A stretch of 64,000 nt of DNA, taken from positions 352,001-416,000 of the forward strand of contig CAXXVS010000003.1 in assembly GCA_963674755.2 (NCBI GenBank), read 5' to 3'. Below are positions 21,222-31,806 of the stretch, piece by piece (the first letter of the stretch is position 1; each line of letters begins with the position of its first letter). Source of the DNA: Desulfobacterales bacterium. Its GTDB lineage: Bacteria; Desulfobacterota; Desulfobacteria; Desulfobacterales; UBA5852. The translations under genes were made by a program, and so were the position numbers. Below the pieces are notes generated by a model that saw nothing but the letters and a program-made list of their open reading frames with translations, was not told where the DNA came from and searched no databases.

Positions 21222-22712
21222 TTAAGCGGCGACTCCGGCCATCATCAGGCCGATACGATCGATTTTGGCCTGATCGTCGGCATCGAAGGTATCCACGATG
21301 CGGCCGTCGAAAATAACCGCGATGCGGTCGGACAGGGAGAGGGCTTCCGCCAGATCGCCCGTGACCAGCAGAATGCCCGCTCGCCCGCGCGCTTTCAAAA
21401 GGACTTGCCAGACATCTTCCGTGGCGGCGATATCGAGCCCCTGGGTCGGCTGTTCGGCCACGATCAACCGCGGCCGGCGGAAAAATTCGCGCGCTAAAAC
21501 CATTTTTTGGAGATTGCCCCCGGAAAGCTGCCGGGCCAAGGCGTGGGGTTCAGGCGGTTGGATATCAAAATCCTGGATCAATTCAAGCAGGCGCTCTTCG
21601 GCGCTGCTGCGCAGCAGCCATGGGCCGCGGCAAAATCCCTGTCGGGTGGTCAGCAAAAAGTTTTCCGTCAGCGTCAGGTTGCGGCAGGTAGCGCGCGCCT
21701 GCCGGTCCTCAGGAATGTAGGAGAGGTTGCCGTCCCACGCTCTTTGACGGTAGAAAGGGAACCAGTCCTGTCCCATAACGCGCACCTGTCCGGTGCGCGG
21801 GGGGCGCAGGCCGCAAACCGTTTCCACCAGGGGCCGTTGTCCGTTGCCGGCCACACCGACCAGCCCCAGAATTTCGCCCTGCCGCACGGTCAGGTGGACA
21901 TCTTTGAGCGGCGCGTCGTTGAGTCCGCTGACCCGTAAAACACTCTGCCGGGGTTCCATGGCCTCCCGCTCGACCTGCAAAATCACTTCGCGCCCCACCA
22001 TCAGACGGGCCAGTTCTTCCTTGGTTTGCACAGCCTGCGCCTTCATGTCAGCCACGACTTCGCCTTTGCGAAGAACGGCAATTTCATCGGATAAGGCCAT
22101 GACCTCGCCCAGCTTATGGCTGATGAACACGATGGCTTTGCCCTGACGGGTCATTTGACGCAGCGCTTCAAAAAGTTGTTGCGCTTCTTGGGGTGTCAAA
22201 ACAGCGGTGGGTTCGTCCAAAATTAAAACGCGGTTGCGGCGGAAGAGCAGTTTGAGGATTTCCACCCGTTGCTTTTCACCCATGGAAAGGCTTGCCACAC
22301 GGGCACCCGGATCGATGTCGAGCCGCACATCCCGGGCCAGCTGGGCGACCTGGCGCTCCATCTCCGAGGGGTTGAGCAGGATCCCCCCGGGATGACCCAG
22401 AAAAATGTTCTCGGCCACGGACATGGCCTCTACAAGCATAAAATGCTGGTAGACCATGCCGATGCCCTCCTGGATCGCATCCCGGGCCGAAGAGAAATAG
22501 CAGGGGCGGCCCTCGATCAAAATGCGGCCCTCGTCCGGACGCAACCGGCCGGCCAGCATGCCCATGAGGGTGCTTTTGCCGGCCCCGTTTTCCCCCAGCA
22601 GCGATTTGATCTTGCCGGCCCGGATGTTCAGGCAGATCCCGCGGTTGGCGTATTTGGGGCCGAACTTCTTACTGAGGCCCTCCAGCCGTATGAGCGGTTG
22701 ATCGCCGGTCAC
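21222..22712 (-). CDS. Nucleoside/sugar ABC transporter ATP-binding protein (two NBDs)
   Basis: [32 protein letters not shown] 22712 overlaps the gpt stop. Confidence 0.93.
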   Translation of the reverse strand: MTGDQPLIRLEGLSKKFGPKYANRGICLNIRAGKIKSLLGENGAGKSTLMGMLAGRLRPDEGRILIEGRPCYFSSARDAIQEGIGMVYQHFMLVEAMSVAENIFLGHPGGILLNPSEMERQVAQLARDVRLDIDPGARVASLSMGEKQRVEILKLLFRRNRVLILDEPTAVLTPQEAQQLFEALRQMTRQGKAIVFISHKLGEVMALSDEIAVLRKGEVVADMKAQAVQTKEELARLMVGREVILQVEREAMEPRQSVLRVSGLNDAPLKDVHLTVRQGEILGLVGVAGNGQRPLVETVCGLRPPRTGQVRVMGQDWFPFYRQRAWDGNLSYIPEDRQARATCRNLTLTENFLLTTRQGFCRGPWLLRSSAEERLLELIQDFDIQPPEPHALARQLSGGNLQKMVLAREFFRRPRLIVAEQPTQGLDIAATEDVWQVLLKARGRAGILLVTGDLAEALSLSDRIAVIFDGRIVDTFDADDQAKIDRIGLMMAGVAA

Positions 22713-23200
22713 ACATGCTCCTGGGTTTGCCCGATGATGGGTTGCACAAATTGCGATTCCGAATCCCAGGGGAATAAAATCCAGGTATCCTGGCTGACCT
22801 CGGTTACGAAGGTATCCACCAGCGGCCGTCCGGCCGGTTTGGCGTAAATGGTCGCAAAATGCGCTTTGGGGAGCATCTTGCGCACGACTTCGGCCGTGCG
22901 CCCGGTATCCACGAGATCGTCGATAATCAGCCACCCCTGACCGTCATGGTCGACAGGCTTGAGAATTTCGACATCGCCGCGCTGGTCTTTCCAGGCATAG
23001 CTGGACACACAGACCGTATCCACCAGCCGGACGTCGAGTTCCCGGGCAATGATGGCTGCCGGTACCAGTCCGCCCCGTGTTATGGCAATAATACCCTGAT
23101 AAAAATCATGATCCAAAAGGCGCCAGGCCAGCGCCTTGGCGTCACGGTGGAGCTGGTCCCATGAAATGGGATAAGTTTTGCGATAGCGAGACGAGTTCAT
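22709..23200 (-). CDS. gpt: Xanthine-guanine phosphoribosyltransferase
   Basis: [51 protein letters not shown] 23200 with AGGAG. Confidence 0.93.
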   Translation of the reverse strand: MNSSRYRKTYPISWDQLHRDAKALAWRLLDHDFYQGIIAITRGGLVPAAIIARELDVRLVDTVCVSSYAWKDQRGDVEILKPVDHDGQGWLIIDDLVDTGRTAEVVRKMLPKAHFATIYAKPAGRPLVDTFVTEVSQDTWILFPWDSESQFVQPIIGQTQEHV

Positions 23201-23213
23201 GATCATACTCCTG

Positions 23214-24134
23214 CTAGTCGTTTGGTTCCATGTTGACACCCAGGGCGGCCGGGGAGGCGCTTTGGCGATTTTTCCAGGAAGCGAATACCACCACGACGAC
23301 GGTGAGTCCGTAAGGCAGCATGAGAAGAAGCGAGGAAGGCAGGTGGGTGCCCGCGGCCTGCAACCGCAATTGAAAGGCCATGACACCGCCGAACAGATAG
23401 GCGCCCAGCAGGGCGCGACTTGGCCGCCAGAAGGCGAAAATCACCAGCGCCACGGCGATCCAGCCCCGACCGGCGGAAAGGCCGTTGGTCCAAAGATGGG
23501 TGTAGGCCAGAGAAAGGTAGGCCCCGCCAAAGCCCACCAGGGCGCCTCCGCCTGTTATACCGATCCAGCGGTACCGCAATACGCGGATACCGGCGGCAGA
23601 GGCCGCCTCGGGGTGCTCGCCGACAGCCCTGAGATGCAGGCCCCAACGGGTTTTTTCGAGAAAGAACCAAAGCAGCGGTACCAGAAGCATGGCCACATAA
23701 ACAAGGGCATCCTGTTGAAACAGAATCGGGCCGAGGACAGGCAGGCGATGGACGAAGGGCAGGGCCAGCTTGCTGAATCCCGGCGCAGATTGCCCGATAA
23801 GCGGGGTGCCCAGATAGTTCGCCAGCCCCAGCCCGAAGATGGTCAGGGCCAGGCCGGAAACCACCTGATTGCCGAGAAACCACAGACAAACGACGGCATG
23901 GATGCCCCCCACGATCGCCCCGACCAGTCCGGCCACGAGAAAGGCCAGGGCCGGCTGGCCGGTCAACTGGGCGGTGACGAAAGCGGCTAAGGCCCCGGTG
24001 ATCATCATGCCTTCGACGCCGAGATTGAGGACGCCGGATTTTTCAGTGAGAATCTCACCCAGGGTGGCAAATAATATCGGTGTGCCGGACTGGATAGCGG
24101 CGGCCAGCAGCGGAACGACCAACTCGGCGTTCAT
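23214..24134 (-). CDS. Nucleoside ABC transporter permease
   Basis: [31 protein letters not shown]. Confidence 0.92.
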   Translation of the reverse strand: MNAELVVPLLAAAIQSGTPILFATLGEILTEKSGVLNLGVEGMMITGALAAFVTAQLTGQPALAFLVAGLVGAIVGGIHAVVCLWFLGNQVVSGLALTIFGLGLANYLGTPLIGQSAPGFSKLALPFVHRLPVLGPILFQQDALVYVAMLLVPLLWFFLEKTRWGLHLRAVGEHPEAASAAGIRVLRYRWIGITGGGALVGFGGAYLSLAYTHLWTNGLSAGRGWIAVALVIFAFWRPSRALLGAYLFGGVMAFQLRLQAAGTHLPSSLLLMLPYGLTVVVVVFASWKNRQSASPAALGVNMEPND

Positions 24135-25195
24135 GATCGTCTCCGGAGACGAATTCCGAATTCGTTGAAAAAACTGCCGGCCAGTACCGTCAAGAGAATC
24201 ATTCCCTCCATGATGCCGCCGAAGGCGGCCGGCACCTGCAGTTCAAGCTGCAGATTCTCAACGCCCACCCGCAAGGCCGCCAAAAGAAAGGAGGCAATAC
24301 CGATGGTCAGAGGATTGAGACGGGCCAGCCAGGCCACCACGATGGCGGTGTAGCCGTAGCCGACCATGATGCTGGGCTGCAGGCGATTGATCGTGGCCGA
24401 GGCCTCGAGAAAGCCGGCCATACCGGCCAGACCGCCGCTGACGATCATCACGAAGCACACCAGTTTTGCATAAGGCAGTCCGGCATAGCGGGTGGCCTGG
24501 AAGTTTTCCCCCGAGACTTTCAACTCAAATCCTATGCGGGTAAATCGAAAAAAAACCCACATGGCCAGTCCGCACACCAGACACACGGCCAGCCCCCAGT
24601 TGAGTTCGGTACCGGCGATTTTGGGCACAATGGCGCTTTCCGAAAAAGTGGGGGTCATGGGAAAGCCGAAACTGCGGGGATCCTTCCAGCGGCCGTAGAC
24701 GAGATAGTCGAGGAAAAGAATGGCGATATAGTTGAGCATGAGGGTGACGATGATCTCGTTGGCCCGCAGACGCAATTTCAAGAGCGCCGGCAGCAGCCCC
24801 CACAAGCCCCCACAGACAAATGCCATGAACGCCATCAGGGGCAGGAGCACATACCACGGCTGGTCCGGAAAAGTCAGGGCGGCCCAGGTCGCGCCGATGG
24901 CCCCGAGGGCAAACTGCCCCTCAGCCCCGATGTTCCAGATCTGCAAACGGAAGGCGATCGCCACCCCCAGCGAGCACAGAAAAATCGGAACGGCCTTGAT
25001 GAGGCAGTCTTCGATGGACCAGCGGGACCCCAGGGCCCCCTGGAAAAGAAGTTCGATGCCCTTAAAGGCCGGTTTGCCCTGGAGCTTGAGCATGAAGGCA
25101 CTGACGGCCAGCGAAAGCACGACGGCCGCCAAAAAAACAAGACAGGAGCTCCACGGACGCGGCTCCTGTCTTTTATAGGCATTGATGCTGAGCAT
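24131..25195 (-). CDS. Nucleoside ABC transporter permease
   Basis: WNIGAEGQ, NEIIVTLMLNY, GYGYTAIVVAWL. Confidence 0.92.
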   Translation of the reverse strand: MLSINAYKRQEPRPWSSCLVFLAAVVLSLAVSAFMLKLQGKPAFKGIELLFQGALGSRWSIEDCLIKAVPIFLCSLGVAIAFRLQIWNIGAEGQFALGAIGATWAALTFPDQPWYVLLPLMAFMAFVCGGLWGLLPALLKLRLRANEIIVTLMLNYIAILFLDYLVYGRWKDPRSFGFPMTPTFSESAIVPKIAGTELNWGLAVCLVCGLAMWVFFRFTRIGFELKVSGENFQATRYAGLPYAKLVCFVMIVSGGLAGMAGFLEASATINRLQPSIMVGYGYTAIVVAWLARLNPLTIGIASFLLAALRVGVENLQLELQVPAAFGGIMEGMILLTVLAGSFFNEFGIRLRRRS

Positions 25196-25246
25196 GGGGT
25201 AAGGGCGCTGGTCGGGCGGCCGCCAGGACGACAGCGGCCGCGGGGT

Positions 25247-26308
25247 TTATTCAGTGGTGCCGATAACGCCTTGGACAAAGTAGTCCATACCGAGCAATTC
25301 GCCATCGTCAGCCGCCCGGCCTTCGGGGATGCGAACCTTCCCGTCCTGGTCCTTGACCGGCCCGGTGAAGACAACCTCCTTACCGGATATAATGGCTTCC
25401 TTTTCGGCCAGCACCTTTTGCTGTACATCTTCCGGGACCATGTCGCTCATAGGGCTCAAATCTACGATACCGTGTTCGATGCCATACCAGTAGGCTTTGG
25501 GCTCGAACGTCCCGTTGCGAACAGCTTCAACCACTTCCTCGTAAAAAGGACCCCAGTTCCAGACGGCGGCGCAGAGATGGGCCTTGGGGGCGAAAGCGGA
25601 CATATCGCTGTTATAGCCGATGGAGTAGACCCCGGCTTCCTGAGCGGCTTCCTGGGGGCCGGGGGAGTCCTGGTGCTGGGCAATGACATCGGCTCCCACG
25701 TCCAACAGGCTCTTGGCGGCTTCCTTTTCCGTAGTGGGGTCGTACCAGGTCTTGGTCCACACCACCCGCACCTGGACATCAGGATTGACGGCCTGGGCTC
25801 CCAGGGTAAAGGCATTGATGCCCCGGATGACTTCCGGAATGGGGAAGGCGGCCACATACCCCAGGGTATTGGATTTGGTCATGGATCCGGCCACCATACC
25901 CGATAGATAACGGGCCTGGTACATGCGACCGAAATAGTTGCCCATATTGGGGGCGGTTTTAAACCCCGAGCAATGCATAAAAACCGTATTAGGGAATTTC
26001 TGGGCCACTTTCAGCATGGGGTCCATATAGCCGAAGCTGGTGGCAAAAATAAGATCGTAACCCTTGCGGGCCATGTTGAGCATGACGCGTTCGGAGTCGG
26101 GTCCTTCGGGTACGGCTTCCACATAGGACGTGCTGACCCCGTCCATCTTGTCGATAAAGAGGCGTCCCTGGTCATGGGCATAGGAATATCCCGCGTCGCC
26201 AATGGGAGAGACATACACGAATCCCACCTGGAAATCTTTGGCGATCGCCGGAGCGGCGCTGAAGGTCAACGCCAAAGAACATAGAATCAATACCAATCTT
26301 CTCATCAT
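25247..26308 (-). CDS. BMP family ABC substrate-binding protein (purine nucleoside)
   Basis: Signal peptide; GFVYVSPIGDAGYSYAHDQG, ATSFGY, PEVIRGINAF, QHQDS; AGGAGG RBS. Confidence 0.92.
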   Translation of the reverse strand: MMRRLVLILCSLALTFSAAPAIAKDFQVGFVYVSPIGDAGYSYAHDQGRLFIDKMDGVSTSYVEAVPEGPDSERVMLNMARKGYDLIFATSFGYMDPMLKVAQKFPNTVFMHCSGFKTAPNMGNYFGRMYQARYLSGMVAGSMTKSNTLGYVAAFPIPEVIRGINAFTLGAQAVNPDVQVRVVWTKTWYDPTTEKEAAKSLLDVGADVIAQHQDSPGPQEAAQEAGVYSIGYNSDMSAFAPKAHLCAAVWNWGPFYEEVVEAVRNGTFEPKAYWYGIEHGIVDLSPMSDMVPEDVQQKVLAEKEAIISGKEVVFTGPVKDQDGKVRIPEGRAADDGELLGMDYFVQGVIGTTE

Positions 26309-26353
26309 AACGTTCCTCCTGAGGAAAGTTGTAAAGCACAACAGAATTCACCG

Positions 26354-26382
26354 CTTATAGCTTGCTTTGGGGGCTTTCGCAA
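26354..26382 (-). promoter_or_regulatory. Putative sigma70 promoter for the BMP operon
   Basis: TTGCGA-17 nt-TATAAG on the minus strand. Confidence 0.5.
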
Positions 26383-26417
26383 CCGCTTTTGGAAAGCCCG
26401 GCCGGGTGTGCGGCGGG

Positions 26418-26723
26418 CTATGGTGCGGTTTTTTTAATCCGCTCGATATAAGCTTCCCATTCCATGGGCAACAAGCTTTTCTTGCGGTTGTTGCAATCCT
26501 TGCAGGCCGGTACGCAATTGCCTTTGGTGCTGCGCCCACCCCGGGCCAGAGGAACGATATGGTCCATCGTGAGCTCCCGGGCCGGCGCAGGGCGTCCGCA
26601 GTAGTGGCAGACGCCCTTGGCGCAACGCCGTTTCCACCACTGGGTCTGGCGCAATTCGCGGGCCTTGCGCCGCTGCCGGCGCAGGGTCGCCTCGTCCACA
26701 GGATAATCAGGAAGATGTATCAT
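26418..26723 (-). CDS. Small HNH endonuclease (101 aa)
   Basis: CHYC...TMDHIVPLARGGRSTKGNCVPACKDCNNRK; ATG 26723 overlaps the upstream stop (ATGA). Confidence 0.88.
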   Translation of the reverse strand: MIHLPDYPVDEATLRRQRRKARELRQTQWWKRRCAKGVCHYCGRPAPARELTMDHIVPLARGGRSTKGNCVPACKDCNNRKKSLLPMEWEAYIERIKKTAP

Positions 26724-27595
26724 ATGGAGAGCGCTCCCGTGGCCGGCCCGGTCCCGTCTGCTAGCCAATGATCGATGGCTCGCAGCAGTCGCCGATAATA
26801 GGCGGCTGAGCCCCACAGCCCCCGGCGGCCGAAAAAATAATTGATTTCGAGGAAAAGCGGCGTCTGCGGGTCGGCCACCATGGGGTCGCTGCAGAAAAGG
26901 AAATCGAAGCCGGCCAGATTGATGCCGGTTTGGCGGCAAAAGGCGGACGTCGCCCTTTCGGCAGCTGCTATGAGATGGCTGTCGCTGCGATGGTCGATGG
27001 TCCCGCCGCCGGCCAGGTTCGCCAAGGGAGCATCTTCAGCAGACATAACCCGCCAATAGGAAAAGAGCTCCTGGCCTATGACCACCACCCTAAGGGCGCG
27101 GGCGCCGGTGGGAATCCATTCCTGTAAGATAAAGCCGTTCTGTCCGGTGGCTTCATAGGACTGCAAGCGCGCGATAATGTCGTTCAAATCACTGGTCTGC
27201 GTAATCGGGAAAACGCCCTGCCCTTCACCTCCCCAGTTGAGCTTAACCACCGCGGGTGGAGCAAAAGGACCGTTGCCGGCCGGGTCCTGGTGGAGGAAAG
27301 CCGCTGTATCGGCAAAACAGAGACTGGGCGGATGGGGAACACCGATCTTTTGAAACAAGCAGGTTTGACCGATTTTACCGGGATAGGCAAAGCGGGCCTC
27401 GTAATTGGGAAAAACCCGGCCGCAGGCCCGCACGGCGGTCCGGTAAAGCGACTCCCGACATCCCTGGGGCAGAATCACGGCAGCCGCCTGGCGCATGGCG
27501 GCCCGGTCCTCGGCATCCGGATCCCGCCCGGCACACAGGCGATTCACATCGCCTTCGTAAAGGGGATGGAAAGAAAGGATCATGGTGATGGTCAA
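26720..27595 (-). CDS. ATP-grasp (RimK-like) protein
   Basis: VVKLNWGGEGQGV, ILQEWI, LRVVVIG, ANLAGGG, AGFDF, LEIN. Confidence 0.82.
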   Translation of the reverse strand: MTITMILSFHPLYEGDVNRLCAGRDPDAEDRAAMRQAAAVILPQGCRESLYRTAVRACGRVFPNYEARFAYPGKIGQTCLFQKIGVPHPPSLCFADTAAFLHQDPAGNGPFAPPAVVKLNWGGEGQGVFPITQTSDLNDIIARLQSYEATGQNGFILQEWIPTGARALRVVVIGQELFSYWRVMSAEDAPLANLAGGGTIDHRSDSHLIAAAERATSAFCRQTGINLAGFDFLFCSDPMVADPQTPLFLEINYFFGRRGLWGSAAYYRRLLRAIDHWLADGTGPATGALSI

Positions 27596-28503
27596 TACCC
27601 GAATTTGCGCAGGGCACGGGTGTCCCGGGTCCAGTTTTTCTGAACCCGGACAAACAACGCCAGATAGACCCGGGTGTCCAGCAGCCGTTCGATGTCTTCC
27701 CGCGCGGCCCGGCCGATTTGTTTGAGTTTGCGCCCACCCCGGCCAATGACAATCCCCTTTTGGGTGTCCCGTTCGACATGAATGGTGGCGCTGATATGCA
27801 CCGTTTTGCTTTGAGGGGTCTCCCGGAAGTCATCGATGGTCACGGCAGCGGCATAGGGAATTTCCTCGCCGGTCAAGCGGAACACCTTTTCGCGAATCAG
27901 CTCGGCCACGATAAAACGCTCCGCGCTGTCGGTGAGCATGGCTTCCTCATAAAAGGGCGGTCCCTCGGGCAGCATGGCTTCCAGCACCGCCAGCAGCTTA
28001 TCCACCTGGGTGCCCTGGCGCGCTGAAACGGGTAGAAGGTGCTCAAACGCGAAGCGCTGTGACCACGCCGTCAGGATTTCCGCTAGCGGTTGCGCTGCCA
28101 GTCCGTCGATCTTGTTGACCGCCAGGACGACCGGTTTGGGGATTTCGGTCAACCTGGTGAGCAAAAAATTCTCGGCTGGCGGATCTGGCCGCTGGGCATC
28201 GGCCATGAGCAGCACCACATCCACATCGCTTAGGGCGGACAGGGCGGCATCCACGATACGGACATTGAGGGGTTTTTGGGTCAGGTGCACGCCGGGTGTA
28301 TCGATGAAGACGAGCTGCGCCGCCGGGCGATGAACGATTCCGAGAATGCGGTTGCGGGTGGTCTGGGGTTTGCGGGACGTAATCGATATCTTGGTGCCCA
28401 GCAGGCGGTTCAAGAGGGTTGATTTGCCGGCATTGGGTGCTCCCATAAGCGCCACCAAACCGGAGTGGAACCCGCTAAAATCGTGAACGGTGTTTTCGAT
28501 CAT
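27592..28503 (-). CDS. era: GTPase Era
   Basis: GAPNAGKST, PQTTR, DTPG, NKID, KH motif GIVIGRGG. Confidence 0.97.
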   Translation of the reverse strand: MIENTVHDFSGFHSGLVALMGAPNAGKSTLLNRLLGTKISITSRKPQTTRNRILGIVHRPAAQLVFIDTPGVHLTQKPLNVRIVDAALSALSDVDVVLLMADAQRPDPPAENFLLTRLTEIPKPVVLAVNKIDGLAAQPLAEILTAWSQRFAFEHLLPVSARQGTQVDKLLAVLEAMLPEGPPFYEEAMLTDSAERFIVAELIREKVFRLTGEEIPYAAAVTIDDFRETPQSKTVHISATIHVERDTQKGIVIGRGGRKLKQIGRAAREDIERLLDTRVYLALFVRVQKNWTRDTRALRKFGY

Positions 28504-29090
28504 TGGGGTTGTTCAACCATGGCATCAATGGCCTGCCACAGGGCTTCCACGCCCTGGCCCGTCTTGGCGGAAAAGAGCAACAGCGCTTCCCGAGGGCAGG
28601 CAAATTGTTCGGCGATGGTCCGCAGGGGGCGCACCTGCTTGTTGCGGGAGAGCTTGTCGACCTTGGTGACGACGATGCGGTGCGGCCGATGATGGAACGC
28701 CAGCCAGCGCACCAGATCATGTTCTTCCTGGCTGGGAATGCGGCGAATGTCAACCAACAAAAAGACGCCCCGCAGCATTTCACGGGAGGCCAGATAGGCC
28801 TCCACCATCGGCCCCCACTGCTTCTTGACCGCCACCGGTACCCTCGCGTAGCCGTATCCGGGTAAATCAACGAAAGACAGGCAGTCATTGATGCAGAAAA
28901 AGTTGATCAGCTGGGTGCGGCCGGGGGTATTGCTGGTTTTCACGAGCCGCTTGCGGTTGACCAGTCGGTTGATCAGCGATGATTTGCCCACATTGGAGCG
29001 CCCGGAAAAGGCGATTTCCGGATAGTCCGGTGGCGGATAGTGCTGGGGTTTGACGGCGCTGGTAACGAATTCGGCGGATTTTATAATCAT
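28500..29090 (-). CDS. yihA: Ribosome biogenesis GTPase YihA/EngB
   Basis: GRSNVGKSSLIN, TPGRT, DLPGYG, TKVDK. Confidence 0.97.
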   Translation of the reverse strand: MIIKSAEFVTSAVKPQHYPPPDYPEIAFSGRSNVGKSSLINRLVNRKRLVKTSNTPGRTQLINFFCINDCLSFVDLPGYGYARVPVAVKKQWGPMVEAYLASREMLRGVFLLVDIRRIPSQEEHDLVRWLAFHHRPHRIVVTKVDKLSRNKQVRPLRTIAEQFACPREALLLFSAKTGQGVEALWQAIDAMVEQPQ

Positions 29091-30247
29091 GACCTGTCGG
29101 ATGGTTTGGGGAGCGACGCCAGATACCCCTCCAGGCGATCCATGCCCTCCTTGATGTGTTCCAGCGAATTGGCATAGGAGAAACGCAGATAGCCCTCCGC
29201 GTGGGGGCCGAAGTCGATGCCGGGGGTGACCCCCACCCGGGCCTTCTCCAGGATATCGAAGGCCAGGCGGTAGGAATCCTGGTCGATATGCCGCGCATTG
29301 GCAAAGACATAGAAGGCGCCGGTGGGTTCGACCGTTATGCCGAAGCCCAATTCCCGCAGCCGGCGGATCATGAAGACCCGCCGCTCGTTGTAGATGGCTC
29401 GCATGCGGGCCGTGTCTTCCTCCGCTTCGGTCAAGGCCGCAATTGCGGCTTTCTGGACCATGGTATTGGCCGAGATGAAAAAATTTTGCACCAGCTTTTG
29501 GATCGGCCGGATGAACTCGGGCGGGGCGATCAGATAACCCAGGCGAAAACCCGTCATGGCAAAAAGCTTGGAAAATCCGTTTAATACGAAAGCCCGGTCG
29601 GTGAATTCCAGGATACTGTGCTCCCGTCCTTCATAGACCAGCCCGTGATAGATCTCATCGGAGACCACATAGGGCTTGAGCCGGCTGATGGCCTGCATGC
29701 GTTCGGCCGAGAGGAGATTGCCGGTGGGATTGGAGGGCGAGTTGATGAAGACGGCTTTCGTGCGGTCGGAGATTTGGGCGGCGATGGCGTCCGGCCGGTA
29801 TTGAAAACCGTCTTCCTCGTAAACCGGCACGGTCACGACCCGGCCCTGGGCGAATTTGATGAAGTTCGGGTAGCAGGCATAATGCGGGTCGGAGATGATG
29901 ACCTCGTCCCCTGGCTCCAGCAGGGCAGCGAAAAGCAGAAACATGGCCGGCGAGGTGCCGGGCGTGACGACGATGCATCCGGGATCCACCGCCACCTGAT
30001 AGGTCCGTTGATAATAGGCGCTGATGGCTTCCCGCAGTCCGGCCAGCCCCAGGCTGTGGCAGTAGTGGGTGTGCCCCTCCTCCAGCGCACGGCAGAGGGC
30101 CTGCTTGATGCAGGGGGGGGTGTCGAAATCCGGCTCGCCCACCTCTAAATGGATGACGTCCTGCCCGCACTTTTCCATCTCGCAAGCCCGTTCCAACACG
30201 TCCATGACGATAAACGAGCTGATTTCTTCGGTCCGTTTGGCGACCAT
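29087..30247 (-). CDS. PLP-dependent aminotransferase class I/II
   Basis: GEPDF, NSPSNPTG, SDEIY, GFSKLFAMTGFRLG, GAFY; start taken at ATG 30247. Confidence 0.93.
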   Translation of the reverse strand: MVAKRTEEISSFIVMDVLERACEMEKCGQDVIHLEVGEPDFDTPPCIKQALCRALEEGHTHYCHSLGLAGLREAISAYYQRTYQVAVDPGCIVVTPGTSPAMFLLFAALLEPGDEVIISDPHYACYPNFIKFAQGRVVTVPVYEEDGFQYRPDAIAAQISDRTKAVFINSPSNPTGNLLSAERMQAISRLKPYVVSDEIYHGLVYEGREHSILEFTDRAFVLNGFSKLFAMTGFRLGYLIAPPEFIRPIQKLVQNFFISANTMVQKAAIAALTEAEEDTARMRAIYNERRVFMIRRLRELGFGITVEPTGAFYVFANARHIDQDSYRLAFDILEKARVGVTPGIDFGPHAEGYLRFSYANSLEHIKEGMDRLEGYLASLPKPSDRS

Positions 30248-30299
30248 AGGATACCCTTTATTTAGGATGGAGGCGGCATCCATCCCCGCAACCGTTGTT

Positions 30300-31175
30300 C
30301 TAGACCACCTTGTTGAGGGGGTACTCGATAATGCCCTCGGCCCCGTTTTTCAACAATTCCGGAATCAGATCCCGGACCGTATTGGCATCCACCACCGTTT
30401 CCACGGAAAACCAGGTGGACTGGTAGAGGGAGGCCACGGTGGGGGCATTCAGGCTGGGCAGCAAGGCCACCACGCGGTCCAGCTGCTCCTGGGGCACGTT
30501 CATTTTCAACCCCACCAGTTTGTCCCCCAGGAGGGCCCCTTTTAACAACAACGCAATCTGTTCGACCTTTTCACGTTTGAAAGGGTCCTGCCAGGCGGTG
30601 TGGTTGACGATGAGCTGGGTGTTGGTCTGCATGAGCTCGTGAATGATGCGCAGACCGTGGGCCCTGATGGTGCTCTCGGTTTCGGTGACTTCGACGATGG
30701 CGTCGGCCAGCTTGGAGACCACCTTGGCTTCCGTAGCGCCCCAGGAAAACTCGATGTCCACCGCGATGCCGCGTTCCTCGAAATAGCGCCGGGTAAAAGC
30801 CACCAGTTCCGTGGCGATTTTTTTCCCCTGTAGGTCCTCCAGGGTTTTAATGTCGGAATCATAGGGTACCGCGAGCACCCAGCGGGCCGGCCGGGCGCTG
30901 ACTTTCGAGTACACCAGGTCGCTGACCACATGGACGTCCGAGCTGTTTTCGGCGATCCAGTCCCTGCCGGTCAATCCGGCGTCCAGGGTGCCGTTTTCCA
31001 CATAACGCGACATTTCCTGGGCCCGGCAGATGGCACAGTCGATGGAGCTGTCATTGATTTCAGGAAAATAGCTGCGGCCGTTGACGTTGATTTTCCACCC
31101 CGAACGTTTGAACAGGGCAATGGTGGCATCTTGCAGACTTCCCTTGGGAACCCCCAGCTTCAATATATCACTCAT
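30300..31175 (-). CDS. hisG: ATP phosphoribosyltransferase (long form)
   Basis: [26 protein letters not shown]-terminal regulatory domain; ATG 31175. Confidence 0.96.
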   Translation of the reverse strand: MSDILKLGVPKGSLQDATIALFKRSGWKINVNGRSYFPEINDSSIDCAICRAQEMSRYVENGTLDAGLTGRDWIAENSSDVHVVSDLVYSKVSARPARWVLAVPYDSDIKTLEDLQGKKIATELVAFTRRYFEERGIAVDIEFSWGATEAKVVSKLADAIVEVTETESTIRAHGLRIIHELMQTNTQLIVNHTAWQDPFKREKVEQIALLLKGALLGDKLVGLKMNVPQEQLDRVVALLPSLNAPTVASLYQSTWFSVETVVDANTVRDLIPELLKNGAEGIIEYPLNKVV

Positions 31176-31176
31176 G

Positions 31177-31551
31177 CTATTTATAGACCTCCTTGGGATC
31201 GAAGACCGGCTCACCGATGGTGTGAACCGTTCCGTTTTCAATCTTGCGGTAAAAGCAGCTTCGATAGCCGGTGTGGCAGGCCGCTCCGCCGATCTGGTCG
31301 ACCCGCACGAGAATGGCATCCCGGTCGCAGTCGAAAAAGACGGTTTTGACCACCTGCAAATTTCCGGAAGTTTTACCTTTGACCCACAGCTCCTTGCGGC
31401 TGCGGCTATAAAAGGTGGCGTGTCCGGTTTCCAAGGTGGCCTGAAAGGCTTCGGCGTTCATATAGGCCAGCATCAGGACGTCGCCGCTGGCGTCATCCTG
31501 AACGATGGCCGGAATCAGCCCGCCCATTTTGTCAAAATCCAGATCAATCAT
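31177..31551 (-). CDS. hisI: Phosphoribosyl-AMP cyclohydrolase
   Basis: [37 protein letters not shown]. Confidence 0.97.
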   Translation of the reverse strand: MIDLDFDKMGGLIPAIVQDDASGDVLMLAYMNAEAFQATLETGHATFYSRSRKELWVKGKTSGNLQVVKTVFFDCDRDAILVRVDQIGGAACHTGYRSCFYRKIENGTVHTIGEPVFDPKEVYK

Positions 31552-31640
31552 CGTTTTTCCTTTCCCTGGGCATGGGATTCAAGGTCCCCCTGGCATCGCA
31601 ACCGTCCCGCATATGATCGCTGCCGATTTGTAAAACTGAC

Positions 31641-31719
31641 AATTTAACGATATCAACTTGTTAAGTCAACTCTTTTTAAATCATGCTGGCTTGCATTATA
31701 GTGGGCCTTTTGTTAGATT
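31641..31719. promoter_or_regulatory. Divergent sigma70-like promoters (hisI operon and PBP1A)
   Basis: Minus: TTGACT-17-TAAATT (31669-31641). Plus: TTGCAT-17-TAGATT with TG extension (31691-31719). Confidence 0.55.
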
Positions 31720-31806
31720 TATATTTTTTGGGGACATCGGGACGATTTAGCGCATGGACGGGCCCGGCCCTGCTTGGATAAGACCTTATCGCAGGAACCA
31801 CATATC

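Noticed and set aside
26418..26723. HNH gene as a homing endonuclease, intron or defence island
   Set aside because: No interrupted host gene, methylase, repeats or obvious compositional shift; coupled to a housekeeping operon.
30300..31319. Long N-terminal extensions in the ORF track (hisG, gpt, ABC ATPase, HNH, mnhB, third MrpD)
   Set aside because: They overlap upstream genes; downstream starts with RBS or stop/start overlap give family-typical N-termini.
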